DNA of 39,936 nucleotides from Methylovulum sp. (lineage in GTDB: Bacteria > Pseudomonadota > Gammaproteobacteria > Methylococcales > Methylomonadaceae). The stretch's first letter is position 1, and every line of letters starts with the position of its first letter. The notes below the pieces were generated by a model. That model was not told the DNA's origin. It made no database searches and saw only the letters and a program-made list of their open reading frames with translations. Made by a program: the position numbers and the translations under genes. This document shows, piece by piece, positions 9,372 through 18,958 of the stretch. The stretch is from the NCBI GenBank assembly GCA_004299465.1, contig SCST01000394.1, forward strand, positions 1 to 39,936, in the 5' to 3' direction.

Positions 9372-10118
9372 CTATTGTGTTTGTTTCGACCAGGAGAAAT
9401 CGCGCACATAAAGGCCAATAGGGTTTTTGTGCAACTGCTCTTCTGTGGTGCTGGGTGTGGGTTCGATGATGTAGACGGTAACCAGCGCCCGCATGTGGGT
9501 TGGCTGGCCTTTTACAATGCCTTGCCGGTCACGAGTTGTCTCGATCCAATCCACTTGCCATGTTTCCGGTGTTTGCGGCAACACGGTGCCGATTTCGACA
9601 TTTACCATTTCAGTTTCGGCTCTTTTAAACGGACTTGCTTCCTCGCTGTCATTCAGCCAATCGTTCATTTTCTGAGTCGCCGGATCGCTTGAGGCTAACA
9701 GCGCATATACCGCGAACACGGCTTTGCGTTGCAGCGCCGTATCTGGAGTGACGGTTCTCGCATCGGAAACAAATGCGGCAATTGATGCCCTAATGATGCG
9801 TTGATCCACTGTCGTGCCTTTATCAGCACGAGCTACAGCCACCGCTTGGCCGAGTTTATCAACTTCGATAACATAAGGGACAAACTTGGACTGGCTGCCA
9901 ATATGGATCATCCCGCCAATGCCACCTAGTGCTATCAACAACGATAGAATGCCGAATATCTGCCACATTTTCCTTGATGCAGCGACACCCAGCGTATGGT
10001 CATTCCAGGTGCGCCTAGCCGATAAATAGGGATTGTCATTTTCGCCAAGGCGATGACCATTTTCCATTTTATCGTTAGATTTTGTGGGGTTGGCGGGTAG
10101 TGATTTTTTCTTAAACAT
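9372..10118 (-). CDS. trbF: TrbF (VirB8-like)
   Basis: NPYLSARRTWN, VPYVIEVDKLG, NPIGLYVRDFSWS. Start taken at ATG 10118, overlapping the trbE stop. Confidence 0.93.
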   Translation of the reverse strand: MFKKKSLPANPTKSNDKMENGHRLGENDNPYLSARRTWNDHTLGVAASRKMWQIFGILSLLIALGGIGGMIHIGSQSKFVPYVIEVDKLGQAVAVARADKGTTVDQRIIRASIAAFVSDARTVTPDTALQRKAVFAVYALLASSDPATQKMNDWLNDSEEASPFKRAETEMVNVEIGTVLPQTPETWQVDWIETTRDRQGIVKGQPTHMRALVTVYIIEPTPSTTEEQLHKNPIGLYVRDFSWSKQTQ

Positions 10119-12675
10119 GCTGTTTCTCGCTGTAATCATCAAGATGTAAACCTTTTAACGAAAGCCATTCTTCCGGCCATTGATGACCAAATTTGGCATT
10201 TAGGTTCTTAATAGCAGCTATCGATTCCTTATCCGATGCCCCAACGAATGCCAGGGCTAGCGGCCCTAAAGCAAGGTCATAAAGTCGGCGGCCTGATGCC
10301 GAAACGTAGTAATACTGGCGTTTTGGTACGGCTGTAGCAAGAATCTCTATTTGCCGGGCGTTAAGCCCCATACGCCGGTATAGCGCGGCGGTATCTTCGT
10401 CCCTGGCGTAAATATTGGGTAAAAATATCTTTGTAGCGGTTGATTCGACGATCACATCCAAGATACCGGAATTGGCGGCATCTGATAGGCTTTGTGTCGC
10501 CATGAGAACCAGACAGTTTGCTTTACGCAACACTTTCAGCCATTCCCTGATTTTTGCGCGAAATACCGGGTGAGCGAGCATCAACCATGCTTCATCCAGG
10601 ATGATAGCGGCGGGTTGGCCGTGTAATGCCCTTTCGATACGGCGAAACAGGTATAGCAATACCGGTAATGCGTATTTGTCGCCCAGGTTCATTAATTCTT
10701 CGATTTCAAAAACCGTGAAGTCTGAAAGCGAAAGCCCGTCAGTTTCGGCGTCCAACAAATGCCCCATTGAGCCATCCACGGTGTATTGGCGGATGGCCTC
10801 GCGAATCAAATCATCTTGGATCGTCAAAGAAAACTCTGACATTGTTCGCGCCCCACTGGTGTACATGCTTGTGATGGCACTGCCAATTTCATTGCGTTGC
10901 GCGGCTGATGTTTCAATGCCGTTTAACGCCAGAAGGGTATCTATCCACTCCATTGCCCAAGCGCGGTCGCCTTTGGTTTCCAGGAACTGTAACGGGCAAA
11001 AAGCCAACTTTTCGTCATCGGCGGCAATAGTAAAATGCTTGCCGCTCTCGCCTTTTGTCGTGGCGTTAATCGCTGCGGCAAGCGGATACATGCTCATGCC
11101 TTTATCAAAGGCGAAAATCGACATACCCTCATATCGGCGTAGTTGTGCGGCGATGATGCCCAGATGTGTCGATTTACCTGAGCCGGTCGGCCCGAATATA
11201 AAGGAATGTCCTATATCGCCCTGGTGTAAATTCAAACGAAACGGCGTTGCGCCTTGCGTGACGCAATGCATTAACGCCGGGGAATGTATCGGATACATGG
11301 GGCACGGTGCTTCCGCCTCGCCTGTCCAGATGGTACTTGTCGGCAGCAAATCGGCCAGATTCATGGTGTTAATGAGCGGTCGTCTCACGTTTTCGACACC
11401 GTGGGACGGCAAACTGCCAAGATAAGCATCCATTGTATTAATGGTTTCGACGCGGGCTGCAAAACCAAGTCGATTGATGGCTTTTTCGACTTGTCGGGCG
11501 GACGATTCAAGCTGTTTCCGGTCTTCGTCCATGAGCACAACGACACTGGTGTAATAACCTTGGGCAATCATCCCGCTATTGACTTCGGCAATCGCCGCCT
11601 GGGCATCGGCGACCATCGACACCGCATCTTCGTCCACTGGGCCCGTGTTGGTGTTAAGTATTTGATCGAAAATGCCGCGTATTTTTTGCCGCCATTTTTT
11701 TCTGTATTCGTCCAAGTGTTTAACAGCCTCATGCGAATCCAGAAAAATAAACCGGCTAGACCAGCGGTAAGTGATCGGCAGCTCAGCCAGGGCGGTTAAT
11801 ATGCCGGGAGTTGATTCCAGAGGAAACCCTTCAATTGCCACGACCTGAATGAACTGCTTGCCTATTTTCGGCACCACGCCGCCCCACAGTTCCTGACCGC
11901 CTAGATAACAGTCCAGATACATGGGATTGCTCGGTAACTGCATGGGGTGGCTTAGGCCGGTGATACAAAATTGCAACCAGCTTAACAAGTCATCATGCGT
12001 GACTATCGTACCGTCTTCATTCGTTACCTGGTGGCCTCGCATCGGCGTGAGATTGATGGCCGAGGATAAACGCGATTCGATGTTGCTGCATTCGCGTTTG
12101 AAAAACTCAATCAGGTTTCTGGTTTGGGTTTTGCTGTCCGGTGCTTTTTCATCATCGTCAAACATTAACTCGACAAATTGACGCTGTGCAAGTAACGGCG
12201 GGAAATACGTTACGGTCAGGACGAAATAACCTTCATACATCGTGCTCATACGTTCGAACAAGCGGCGTCTTTCTTCATCAATGGCGGATGTTATGGCATC
12301 AGGAAATTTGGATAGGCTTCTAGCCGAGTATGACGGAGCCGGTCTGCGCACAGCATCAACATGGATCATCCAACCATTGCCAAGACCGGACAAGGCTTGA
12401 TTGATGCGAAACGACACCGCTTCTCTCTGCTCATCGGTACTACTGGCGTTGTCGTCGCCCTGGTAAATCCAGCCCGCCACAAACGAGCCGTTTTTGCCAA
12501 CAATGACACCATCATCGACCATAGCGGCATAATTGAGTAAATCGGCTACGCTGGCGTCTTTTGAGCGATGTTTGCTCAATTTGCGCTCTTTGGCGGCCTC
12601 AACAACGAGGCTGGCTAGTAGCGCAAGCAACACAATCCCAAGAGCCGATATGGTAAGCGTAATAGTTTCCGTCAT
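10111..12675 (-). CDS. trbE: TrbE (VirB4-like ATPase)
   Basis: Walker A GPTGSGKS, Walker B ILDEAW, 854 aa. Confidence 0.97.
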   Translation of the reverse strand: MTETITLTISALGIVLLALLASLVVEAAKERKLSKHRSKDASVADLLNYAAMVDDGVIVGKNGSFVAGWIYQGDDNASSTDEQREAVSFRINQALSGLGNGWMIHVDAVRRPAPSYSARSLSKFPDAITSAIDEERRRLFERMSTMYEGYFVLTVTYFPPLLAQRQFVELMFDDDEKAPDSKTQTRNLIEFFKRECSNIESRLSSAINLTPMRGHQVTNEDGTIVTHDDLLSWLQFCITGLSHPMQLPSNPMYLDCYLGGQELWGGVVPKIGKQFIQVVAIEGFPLESTPGILTALAELPITYRWSSRFIFLDSHEAVKHLDEYRKKWRQKIRGIFDQILNTNTGPVDEDAVSMVADAQAAIAEVNSGMIAQGYYTSVVVLMDEDRKQLESSARQVEKAINRLGFAARVETINTMDAYLGSLPSHGVENVRRPLINTMNLADLLPTSTIWTGEAEAPCPMYPIHSPALMHCVTQGATPFRLNLHQGDIGHSFIFGPTGSGKSTHLGIIAAQLRRYEGMSIFAFDKGMSMYPLAAAINATTKGESGKHFTIAADDEKLAFCPLQFLETKGDRAWAMEWIDTLLALNGIETSAAQRNEIGSAITSMYTSGARTMSEFSLTIQDDLIREAIRQYTVDGSMGHLLDAETDGLSLSDFTVFEIEELMNLGDKYALPVLLYLFRRIERALHGQPAAIILDEAWLMLAHPVFRAKIREWLKVLRKANCLVLMATQSLSDAANSGILDVIVESTATKIFLPNIYARDEDTAALYRRMGLNARQIEILATAVPKRQYYYVSASGRRLYDLALGPLALAFVGASDKESIAAIKNLNAKFGHQWPEEWLSLKGLHLDDYSEKQHV

Positions 12676-12983
12676 CGGTATTGGTTCCCTTGACTGGTCG
12701 TATTGATACGAAAGGGTGTGCTGCGCGCTGAGTAATAGGTTTTGTATCGACGATGCCGAAGATACACAAAACGCATTTTAGGATCAGCTTTGCCCATGAC
12801 GCGAAACGCATAAATAGCCCCTGACCATAGCAATAGGCCGACTATTGTCGCTCTTAATTCTTGTGCGCTGAAAATCAGCGCGAAAGCCAGCAAACCGGAG
12901 AACATCACCAGCTCACGATCCCCGCCCATGAACAGGTTTTCCCGGTTACCAGCTCTTCGAATAGGGATCGCGCGGAGTGCCAT
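12672..12983 (-). CDS. trbD: TrbD (VirB3-like)
   Basis: RENLFMGGDRELV, KADP motifs. Confidence 0.93.
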   Translation of the reverse strand: MALRAIPIRRAGNRENLFMGGDRELVMFSGLLAFALIFSAQELRATIVGLLLWSGAIYAFRVMGKADPKMRFVYLRHRRYKTYYSARSTPFRINTTSQGNQYR

Positions 12984-13370
12984 TTATGCGCTTCCTTCCT
13001 GATTGATATGGCCTGCAAGTAGTGTTTGCGTTACGCCATCATTAAGGGCGATTTCTGCGCCTGCACCAAAGAATGAGGTCATCACGTTATTGGCACCGAC
13101 TAATAAAGCCATGACCAGGACGATAAAGATCAAGGTGCGGAAGAAGCCGTTGAGATCACCGCCAAAAATCAGCACACCACCGGCAACAACGATACCGATG
13201 ATTGACAGGCCAAATGCCACCGGGCCAGTGACTGAGTTTTGCAAGTTGGTTAGCCACGATTCATACGGTAATCCCCCAGCAGTGCCAGTTGCATAAGCCT
13301 GTTCAGGTGCAAGAAAAGTGATAGTAAGCACCATGAATAGCGCAAGATTTTGATTTTTATTCAAGTGCAT
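12984..13370 (-). CDS. trbC: Prepilin TrbC (VirB2-like)
   Basis: [16 protein letters not shown] and the C-terminal G-AEIA cyclisation signature of RP4 pilin. Confidence 0.93.
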   Translation of the reverse strand: MHLNKNQNLALFMVLTITFLAPEQAYATGTAGGLPYESWLTNLQNSVTGPVAFGLSIIGIVVAGGVLIFGGDLNGFFRTLIFIVLVMALLVGANNVMTSFFGAGAEIALNDGVTQTLLAGHINQEGSA

Positions 13371-13379
13371 TTGTTATTC

Positions 13380-14345
13380 CTATAGTGCATTAACAACGTA
13401 TTGGCCGTTTTTGTAACCTAAGACTTCAATAATTTCTTGTACGCGGCGGCCTTCTTGAGTTCTGGCGATGTGTACAACAACATGAACGGCTTCGCCGATG
13501 AGCGGTTCAATAGGTTTGGGTGAATCGGGGTGCATACTGATGAGCATGGCCAGACGGTCAAGCCCCGCCCTGGCGTTATTGGCGTGTAACGTTGCAGCGC
13601 CGCCTTCATGTCCGGTATTCCACGCCATCAGCAGATCAAGGGCTTCTGGCCCGCGTACTTCCCCAACTAATATGCGGTCTGGGCGCATACGCAACGTGGT
13701 TTTAAGCAGCGCCGTCATACTAACTTCCAGACTCGTGTGATACTGCACGCAGTTGACTGCTGCGCACTGGATTTCTCCGGTGTCTTCTATAATGAACACC
13801 CTTTCGCTGGGATCGAATTCGACCATTTCGTTAATGATTGCGTTAACAAGTGTCGTCTTGCCGGAACCAGTTCCACCAATGACCAGGATGTTTCTATGTG
13901 ATTTGATTGCGGCTGTTAAAACCTCACGCTGTGCAGCCGACATGATATTGGCTTCTACATATTGGATTAGCGTAAAGATAGCCACCGCTTTTTTCCTAAT
14001 CGCGAAAGTTGGAGCGGGGACGACTGGCGGCAACTGTCCGGCGAACCGCGATCCGTCTAACGGGAATTCTCCTTCCAGTATGGGTTTTAACCGGGTGACT
14101 TCTTTGCCATGATAGCCGGCTATAGTCTTAATAATGGCTTCGCCGTGGTTGGCTGAGAGTGTCCCAATACAACGCATTTTTTCGCCAAGTCGTTCTTGCC
14201 ATAACTTGCCGTCTGCATTGAGCATGACTTCGACTGTTTTTGGATCATTCAAGGCATCAATAATCAACGGGCCTAAGTCACGAATTAGTTTCGTTTTTGC
14301 CCGTTCTTTGACTGTCGATAAAGAAGGTTCATCGTGATGTGTCAT
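13380..14345 (-). CDS. trbB: TrbB (VirB11-like ATPase)
   Basis: GGTGSGKTT, IIEDTGEI, LRMRPDRILVGEVRG, NTGHEGG. Start taken at ATG 14345. Confidence 0.96.
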   Translation of the reverse strand: MTHHDEPSLSTVKERAKTKLIRDLGPLIIDALNDPKTVEVMLNADGKLWQERLGEKMRCIGTLSANHGEAIIKTIAGYHGKEVTRLKPILEGEFPLDGSRFAGQLPPVVPAPTFAIRKKAVAIFTLIQYVEANIMSAAQREVLTAAIKSHRNILVIGGTGSGKTTLVNAIINEMVEFDPSERVFIIEDTGEIQCAAVNCVQYHTSLEVSMTALLKTTLRMRPDRILVGEVRGPEALDLLMAWNTGHEGGAATLHANNARAGLDRLAMLISMHPDSPKPIEPLIGEAVHVVVHIARTQEGRRVQEIIEVLGYKNGQYVVNAL

Positions 14346-14396
14346 CGTTTTTATCGACCACTCAGCTATGTTGCAGCCGACTCTACACCTAAAATA

Positions 14397-14406
14397 CGAT
14401 ATAACG
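14397..14406 (-). promoter_or_regulatory. Candidate TrbA operator at the trbB promoter
   Basis: Minus strand CGTTATATCG resembles the RK2 TrbA operator consensus CNGTATATC, about 50 bp upstream of trbB. Confidence 0.5.
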
Positions 14407-14689
14407 AAATTAATTTTTACAAAATATGATGCTATCCGCAATAAACTTAGACGCGCTATTGAGGTTTTGGATGAACAGTGTGGTGGGAAACGGATTTAAA
14501 AACGAAGGTGGTGGTCACCAATAATTGACTAAATTGGGATAAACAACCCTGATAATGCCATGAGGCCTTATCACTTGTGTAACAACACAACCACTAAGAC
14601 GGGGCTGATGGCGAATAAAATTACACCGCCCTACCCTTCAATCTGAAAGTTGTTGCTGTTACTTTTAAACCACCTATTTATGGCTGCAT

Positions 14690-15088
14690 TCAACTAACGA
14701 TATTGAATGGCGATGATGTGTACTTTTTTAATTTTTCACGGGCATATTCCGCCCATTTTTTGACGGCATACGCATGATGTGCCGTCAAAACAACCGACAC
14801 CCTCTCGAAACCTTCGGGCAAACCATCCCCTTTATCACCCGTAAGTAATGCTAAGCTTTTGCTATCAAGGTCTGTTGTTTCTAACAATGCCGGAAGTGGC
14901 GTTTCTAATGCGTCAGCAAGTTGCTCCATAATGCGTAGTGACGGATTGGCTCGACCATTGGTTAGGTCTGAAATGAATGATGTAGACACACCAGATAATT
15001 CTGCCAATTGTTCCTTAGTCCAACCTCGTTCATCCAGTAAGCGAAGAACGTTAGTAAAAAAAATTTGATTATAAATTTGATTATGCAC
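14690..15088 (-). CDS. trbA: Transcriptional repressor TrbA (XRE HTH)
   Basis: YNQIFFTNVLRLLDERG..ANPSL..FERVSVVL closely matches RK2 TrbA; GTG start. Confidence 0.93.
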   Translation of the reverse strand: MHNQIYNQIFFTNVLRLLDERGWTKEQLAELSGVSTSFISDLTNGRANPSLRIMEQLADALETPLPALLETTDLDSKSLALLTGDKGDGLPEGFERVSVVLTAHHAYAVKKWAEYAREKLKKYTSSPFNIVS

Positions 15089-15113
15089 GATGAATATTAA
15101 TTCGGCCTTAAAT

Positions 15114-15126
15114 TTTAGCCGCTAAA
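15114..15126. promoter_or_regulatory. KorB operator OB upstream of trbA
   Basis: TTTAGCCGCTAAA. Confidence 0.9.
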
Positions 15127-15461
15127 ATTGTTTAATTATTATAATAGGTTTATATAAACTCTTTCAGTATTCATAACTCTCCCTACTTTTCACATCATTA
15201 TTGAGGATTAATAGGAAATAAGTAGAATTAATGACAGCTGTAATATGTTAGCATCATTCAAAATGAAATTGCTGGATAAAGGGAATCAAGAAGATGCGGC
15301 TCATTTGCCGCCTAGGGAAGGAATTTGCTACGCTTGACAAACCATCATAATTATTTCAATTTACCAAAGGAAATGATTGGCCATGTCAAACATTGAGCGA
15401 CATGGCTACACAAATCATTCAATTGATTTAGCCCTTATAACCAGACCATTCGGTAATCAAC

Positions 15462-15728
15462 ATGAATCCACAACAAACTAACACCGCACATAGTCTTTAT
15501 GCGCTTTACGAAACATTACCGGCGAATGTTCAACAAACGTTTCTTGAAGAATTAGTACAAAAGAAACATCGTGAAATCAAAGCTCTTGCTTTTTCTGATC
15601 CCATTGCCAATGAAAAACGCAATACGGTCATTTTGGGTGTGATGGAAGATGCTTTTTCCATACCCGATAATTTTGATGCAGCTTTACCCGAAGACATGCT
15701 TAATGAATTTTATACCCATAAACTATGA
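15462..15728 (+). CDS. vapB: VapB-like antitoxin (DUF2281-like)
   Basis: Acidic C-terminal G.M..F.IPDNFDAALP motif; 4-nt overlap with the PIN toxin. Confidence 0.7.
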   Translation: MNPQQTNTAHSLYALYETLPANVQQTFLEELVQKKHREIKALAFSDPIANEKRNTVILGVMEDAFSIPDNFDAALPEDMLNEFYTHKL

Positions 15729-16111
15729 ATCTGCTGCTGGATACCCATATTTTGCTTTGGGCATTAGCCAAGCCTAAACAATTGCCCGATAAAGCGGTTA
15801 AAGCTATTTATCAAGCAAATGCTGTATTTTTTAGCCCGGTTAATCTCTGGGAAATTGGCATTAAATCGACTATTTGGCCGGAGTACGGTATTAAACGGAT
15901 CGAAGATATTCACGCAGGGTCACTCAAAGCGAATTTACAAGAACTGCTGATAAATTCAGCCGATACGATGCTGGCAACACAATTCCCCATGATTCATCGT
16001 GACCCTTTTGACCGGTTATTGATGGCTCAATCGCATAACAATCAATACCACTTAATCACCGTTGATGAAAAAATCGCCCAATATCACATGCCTTATGTCA
16101 TTATTGTCTAG
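15725..16111 (+). CDS. vapC: VapC PIN-domain ribonuclease toxin
   Basis: LLLDTHILLW, SPVNLWEIGIK, HRDPFDRLL, LITVD motifs. Confidence 0.92.
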   Translation: MNLLLDTHILLWALAKPKQLPDKAVKAIYQANAVFFSPVNLWEIGIKSTIWPEYGIKRIEDIHAGSLKANLQELLINSADTMLATQFPMIHRDPFDRLLMAQSHNNQYHLITVDEKIAQYHMPYVIIV

Positions 16112-16135
16112 GGAAAAAACAGCCAGACAAATCAA

Positions 16136-17233
16136 TCAGACCTTTTTACCATAAGCTTCCATCTGCTTCTTGTACATGAACTCATTGTATTCTTTCTCAC
16201 TACCGAATCCTTGATGCTCCCATACTTCCACTGATTTTTTCTTTACGGTCACTTCCTTATTTTCCAATTCCCAATCATGCCCCCAATCTTCTTTCAGCGC
16301 ATTATTCAAGAATCCGGCATAGGATTTATCGGCTTTGGTATTACTGTACAAAATATTACGTTTGACGTAATCAAAACCATGCCTTTTCTCAAAGGATTCT
16401 AAAGCCGACAGTATAGTTTTCTTGGCTTTGTGCTGATCTGGGACAAATGACAGCAATTGATCCAGTGAAGAGGATATTTCATTACTTGGCGGTAGTAATT
16501 CGAGTAATGGCTCTTCTGGTTTACCCGGTATGGATTTAATAGGTTTCTTAATAAAGATTAAGAACCGAATTGCGCCTACGCCGCGACCATGCTTAATTTC
16601 GTCAAATTCAAAATACAGGTCTGCTTTTTCTGCTAATTCTTTTTGGGTGGGTTCAAGAATACGATCCCTAAAATTACTGTAAAGCTTATATTGGTCTTTC
16701 CGTATACCCAACATATCCCGAAGTTGTTGCAATTCTATTTCACGCTCCTTTAAGCGCTCATACTGCTTTAACAAAGTGTACATCCGCATCGTGTACTGGC
16801 TTTTAAAGCTCAACAACATTTCTAACTTACTAGAGGTAAAGTTTCCTTTAAGCTGTAATAGATACGGTTTTAATAATGGGTCAAACGTTAAATTAACAAC
16901 GCCCGTGCCATCAATATAATCAGCCGAAGAAACCCAGTGGGTTTGCAATAATCGTCCTGGCTCCTGTATCTCTACAACCTTCCCTAACAAATTTTTAGTA
17001 ATCTTTTTACAATCTGCATAAATGTGATTTTTGTTAATGCCTAAAAAATCCGCCAATTCATGAAGGCTTATGCTATAGGGCTTAAAGTCCTCATCATCCG
17101 GTTGAATTCTGGCTATCATTGTAAAGATAAGACGTTGCTCACCCAAGGTTAAATTATAACGTGATTCAACCAACTCATTAGCTTGGGTAACAATTAGCGA
17201 AGCAAGCAGTGGTTTTTTCTTTAATTTAGCCAT
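16136..17233 (-). CDS. Plasmid replication initiator, Rep_3/RepB family
   Basis: VTQANELVESRYNLTLGEQRL, LKGNFT, SQYTMRMY.LLKQY, YSNFRDRILEP motifs; adjacent iterons. Confidence 0.92.
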   Translation of the reverse strand: MAKLKKKPLLASLIVTQANELVESRYNLTLGEQRLIFTMIARIQPDDEDFKPYSISLHELADFLGINKNHIYADCKKITKNLLGKVVEIQEPGRLLQTHWVSSADYIDGTGVVNLTFDPLLKPYLLQLKGNFTSSKLEMLLSFKSQYTMRMYTLLKQYERLKEREIELQQLRDMLGIRKDQYKLYSNFRDRILEPTQKELAEKADLYFEFDEIKHGRGVGAIRFLIFIKKPIKSIPGKPEEPLLELLPPSNEISSSLDQLLSFVPDQHKAKKTILSALESFEKRHGFDYVKRNILYSNTKADKSYAGFLNNALKEDWGHDWELENKEVTVKKKSVEVWEHQGFGSEKEYNEFMYKKQMEAYGKKV

Positions 17234-17271
17234 TAAACCTACCTAAATTGTCATACTCAAAAATACGTAAT

Positions 17272-17292
17272 CACACTGAATTTGTTATAGTT
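17272..17292. repeat. Solitary iteron upstream of rep
   Basis: CACACTGAATTTGTTATAGTT, 19/21 identical to the array unit, about 40 bp upstream of the rep start. Confidence 0.8.
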
Positions 17293-17418
17293 CGATTTTA
17301 ATTATATGTTTTATAATGACTTTTTAAATATTTATTATTTTAAATTTAATGGGTAAATTCAAAAAAACAGGAGTTCCCATATCCAAAAAGGCAAGTGTAA
17401 TTCGAATAAAGCACGGTT

Positions 17419-17565
17419 AGCACTGATTTTGTTATAGTTTACATTGAATTTGTTATAGTTCACACTGTTTTTGTTATAGTTCACACTGTTTTTGTTATAG
17501 TTCACACTGTTTTTGTTATAGTTCACACTGTTTTTGTTATAGTTCACACTGTTTTTGTTATAGTT
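17419..17565. repeat. Iteron array (oriV): 7 tandem 21-bp units
   Basis: Five perfect CACACTGTTTTTGTTATAGTT copies (17461-17565) plus two degenerate copies (17419-17460), no spacers, next to rep. Confidence 0.92.
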
Positions 17566-17606
17566 AGCGTTGTAACAGTATGATTAATAAAACGAAAAAT
17601 GCTCAG

Positions 17607-17640
17607 AAAACATATAAAACAATAAAAACATATAAAACAA
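17607..17640. repeat. AT-rich direct repeats, candidate DNA-unwinding element
   Basis: AAAACATATAAAACAA at 17607-17622 and 17625-17640, right of the iterons. Confidence 0.6.
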
Positions 17641-18224
17641 CTACAACTACATGAAAAATTTAAATATCAATCAGTAGTAGTTAGTTTTTTATGCAAAAAA
17701 AGTAATTATTTTCCGACATCAATTGAAACAGGTTTTGAATGTTTTTGGTTTAGAGACATTCTTTGTAAGATAAAGCTATAGCGGCTAACGGCTATCATGC
17801 TGGATGAAGCTTTAGATAAGCTTAAGAAAGGTAATGTTTTACATAACGACAAGTCGCCAAACAATAAATAATGTTTCGCTAGACTTCAAAGCTGGTAATG
17901 GCTTAGAAGTACACCATTACCCATTCATCGGCAAGAAATCTTAATTTGAAATAAAACTAGCTACTTACCAAGATTATGTATAAAATAATATACATATTTA
18001 GTTTGTTTAGGGGGTGTGTTTTCAGTTACTTAACATAGGTTACTAAATTCCTCAGTAATAACAGTAATGTTATTTGACTGATGGCGTCAATACAGCACAA
18101 GGTGCATAGGCTAGTTCCTCATCCAATAAGGGATGCATCTAGCAAGAGAGAAAAATATGAGAATTCAATCTAAGTATTTGATTGGTAAAAATTTAGTTAC
18201 CATCCTAAACACGAGTATTCGTTT

Positions 18225-18560
18225 ATGTCAGCACAACAACAAAAAGATATTAAGTGGGCGGGTTCTTCTAAAGAAGACCTTCTCTCTTTTCCAAGAGAAG
18301 CTCGGCACGAAGCCGGTTTTCAGTTAGGTCAAGTACAATTAGGGTTAGAACCTGATAACTGGAAACCTTTTAACGGGATTGGTGCTGGAACTAAAGAAAT
18401 CCGTATCCGCGATAAGGATGGTATTTATCGCGTCCTTTATGTGGCAAAGTTTGAAGAAGCTATCTATGTTTTACACTGTTTTCAAAAGAAAACAGAATCG
18501 ACCGCACAAGCAGATAAAGAGATTGCTAAAGCTCGCTATCAGGCTATAAGTAAACGATAG
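18225..18560 (+). CDS. higB: RelE/ParE-superfamily toxin (HigB/Gp49-like)
   Basis: GSSKEDL..FP..GFQL..VQ.G, KEIRIRD.DGIYRVLYVAKFEEAIYVLHCFQKK. Confidence 0.88.
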   Translation: MSAQQQKDIKWAGSSKEDLLSFPREARHEAGFQLGQVQLGLEPDNWKPFNGIGAGTKEIRIRDKDGIYRVLYVAKFEEAIYVLHCFQKKTESTAQADKEIAKARYQAISKR

Positions 18561-18625
18561 TCCGAGTTATAGTCTAAAGTCATATACTTGGCTTTAGACG
18601 TAAATTAATTTAAGAGAATTAAAAA

Positions 18626-18958
18626 ATGAATATTGATACTGAAATTCGCCATGTTACCAAAGCAGGCTCTAATATTTTCTTGGAGCTAGGGTTTGATGCT
18701 GTTGAAGCGGAACAGTTTCAAATAGAATTACAACAACACGTTAACAACACGATTGCATTGAAAGAGCAATTAATGACCGAATTGGCACAATGGATTGTTG
18801 ATAATCATCTAAAACAAATCGAGGCTGCGGAAATATTGCACGTTTCGCGTCCGCGCGTTTCTGATTTAGTGAATAAAAAAGTTAATAAATTTACGTTTGA
18901 CACGTTATTAAATATGCTTAATCGTGTCGGAAAACCTGTCCGTATTGTTATTGGTTAA
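18626..18958 (+). CDS. higA: HTH-XRE antitoxin (HigA-like)
   Basis: GSNIFLELGF, LKQIEAAEILHVSRPRVSDL HTH; follows the toxin gene. Confidence 0.88.
   Translation: MNIDTEIRHVTKAGSNIFLELGFDAVEAEQFQIELQQHVNNTIALKEQLMTELAQWIVDNHLKQIEAAEILHVSRPRVSDLVNKKVNKFTFDTLLNMLNRVGKPVRIVIG

Noticed and set aside
10601-11425. 274-aa plus-strand ORF
   Set aside because: Antisense shadow of the conserved trbE; no recognisable motifs. The same applies to the many short antisense ORFs over trb, tra and traC.
17359-17547. 62-aa ORF of NYNKNSV repeats
   Set aside because: It is the translation of the 21-bp iteron array; no RBS or other coding evidence
17419-17565. Possible CRISPR array
   Set aside because: Units are contiguous with no spacers, no cas genes are present, and the array is adjacent to rep
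17777-17789. TATAGCGGCTAAC as a ninth KorB operator
   Set aside because: Two mismatches and no TTTT/AAAA extension, unlike all eight real sites
18025-18056. Possible Xer dif/pdif site
   Set aside because: Only a degenerate XerD-like half (CTATGTTAAGT on the minus strand); no credible XerC arm at the right spacing
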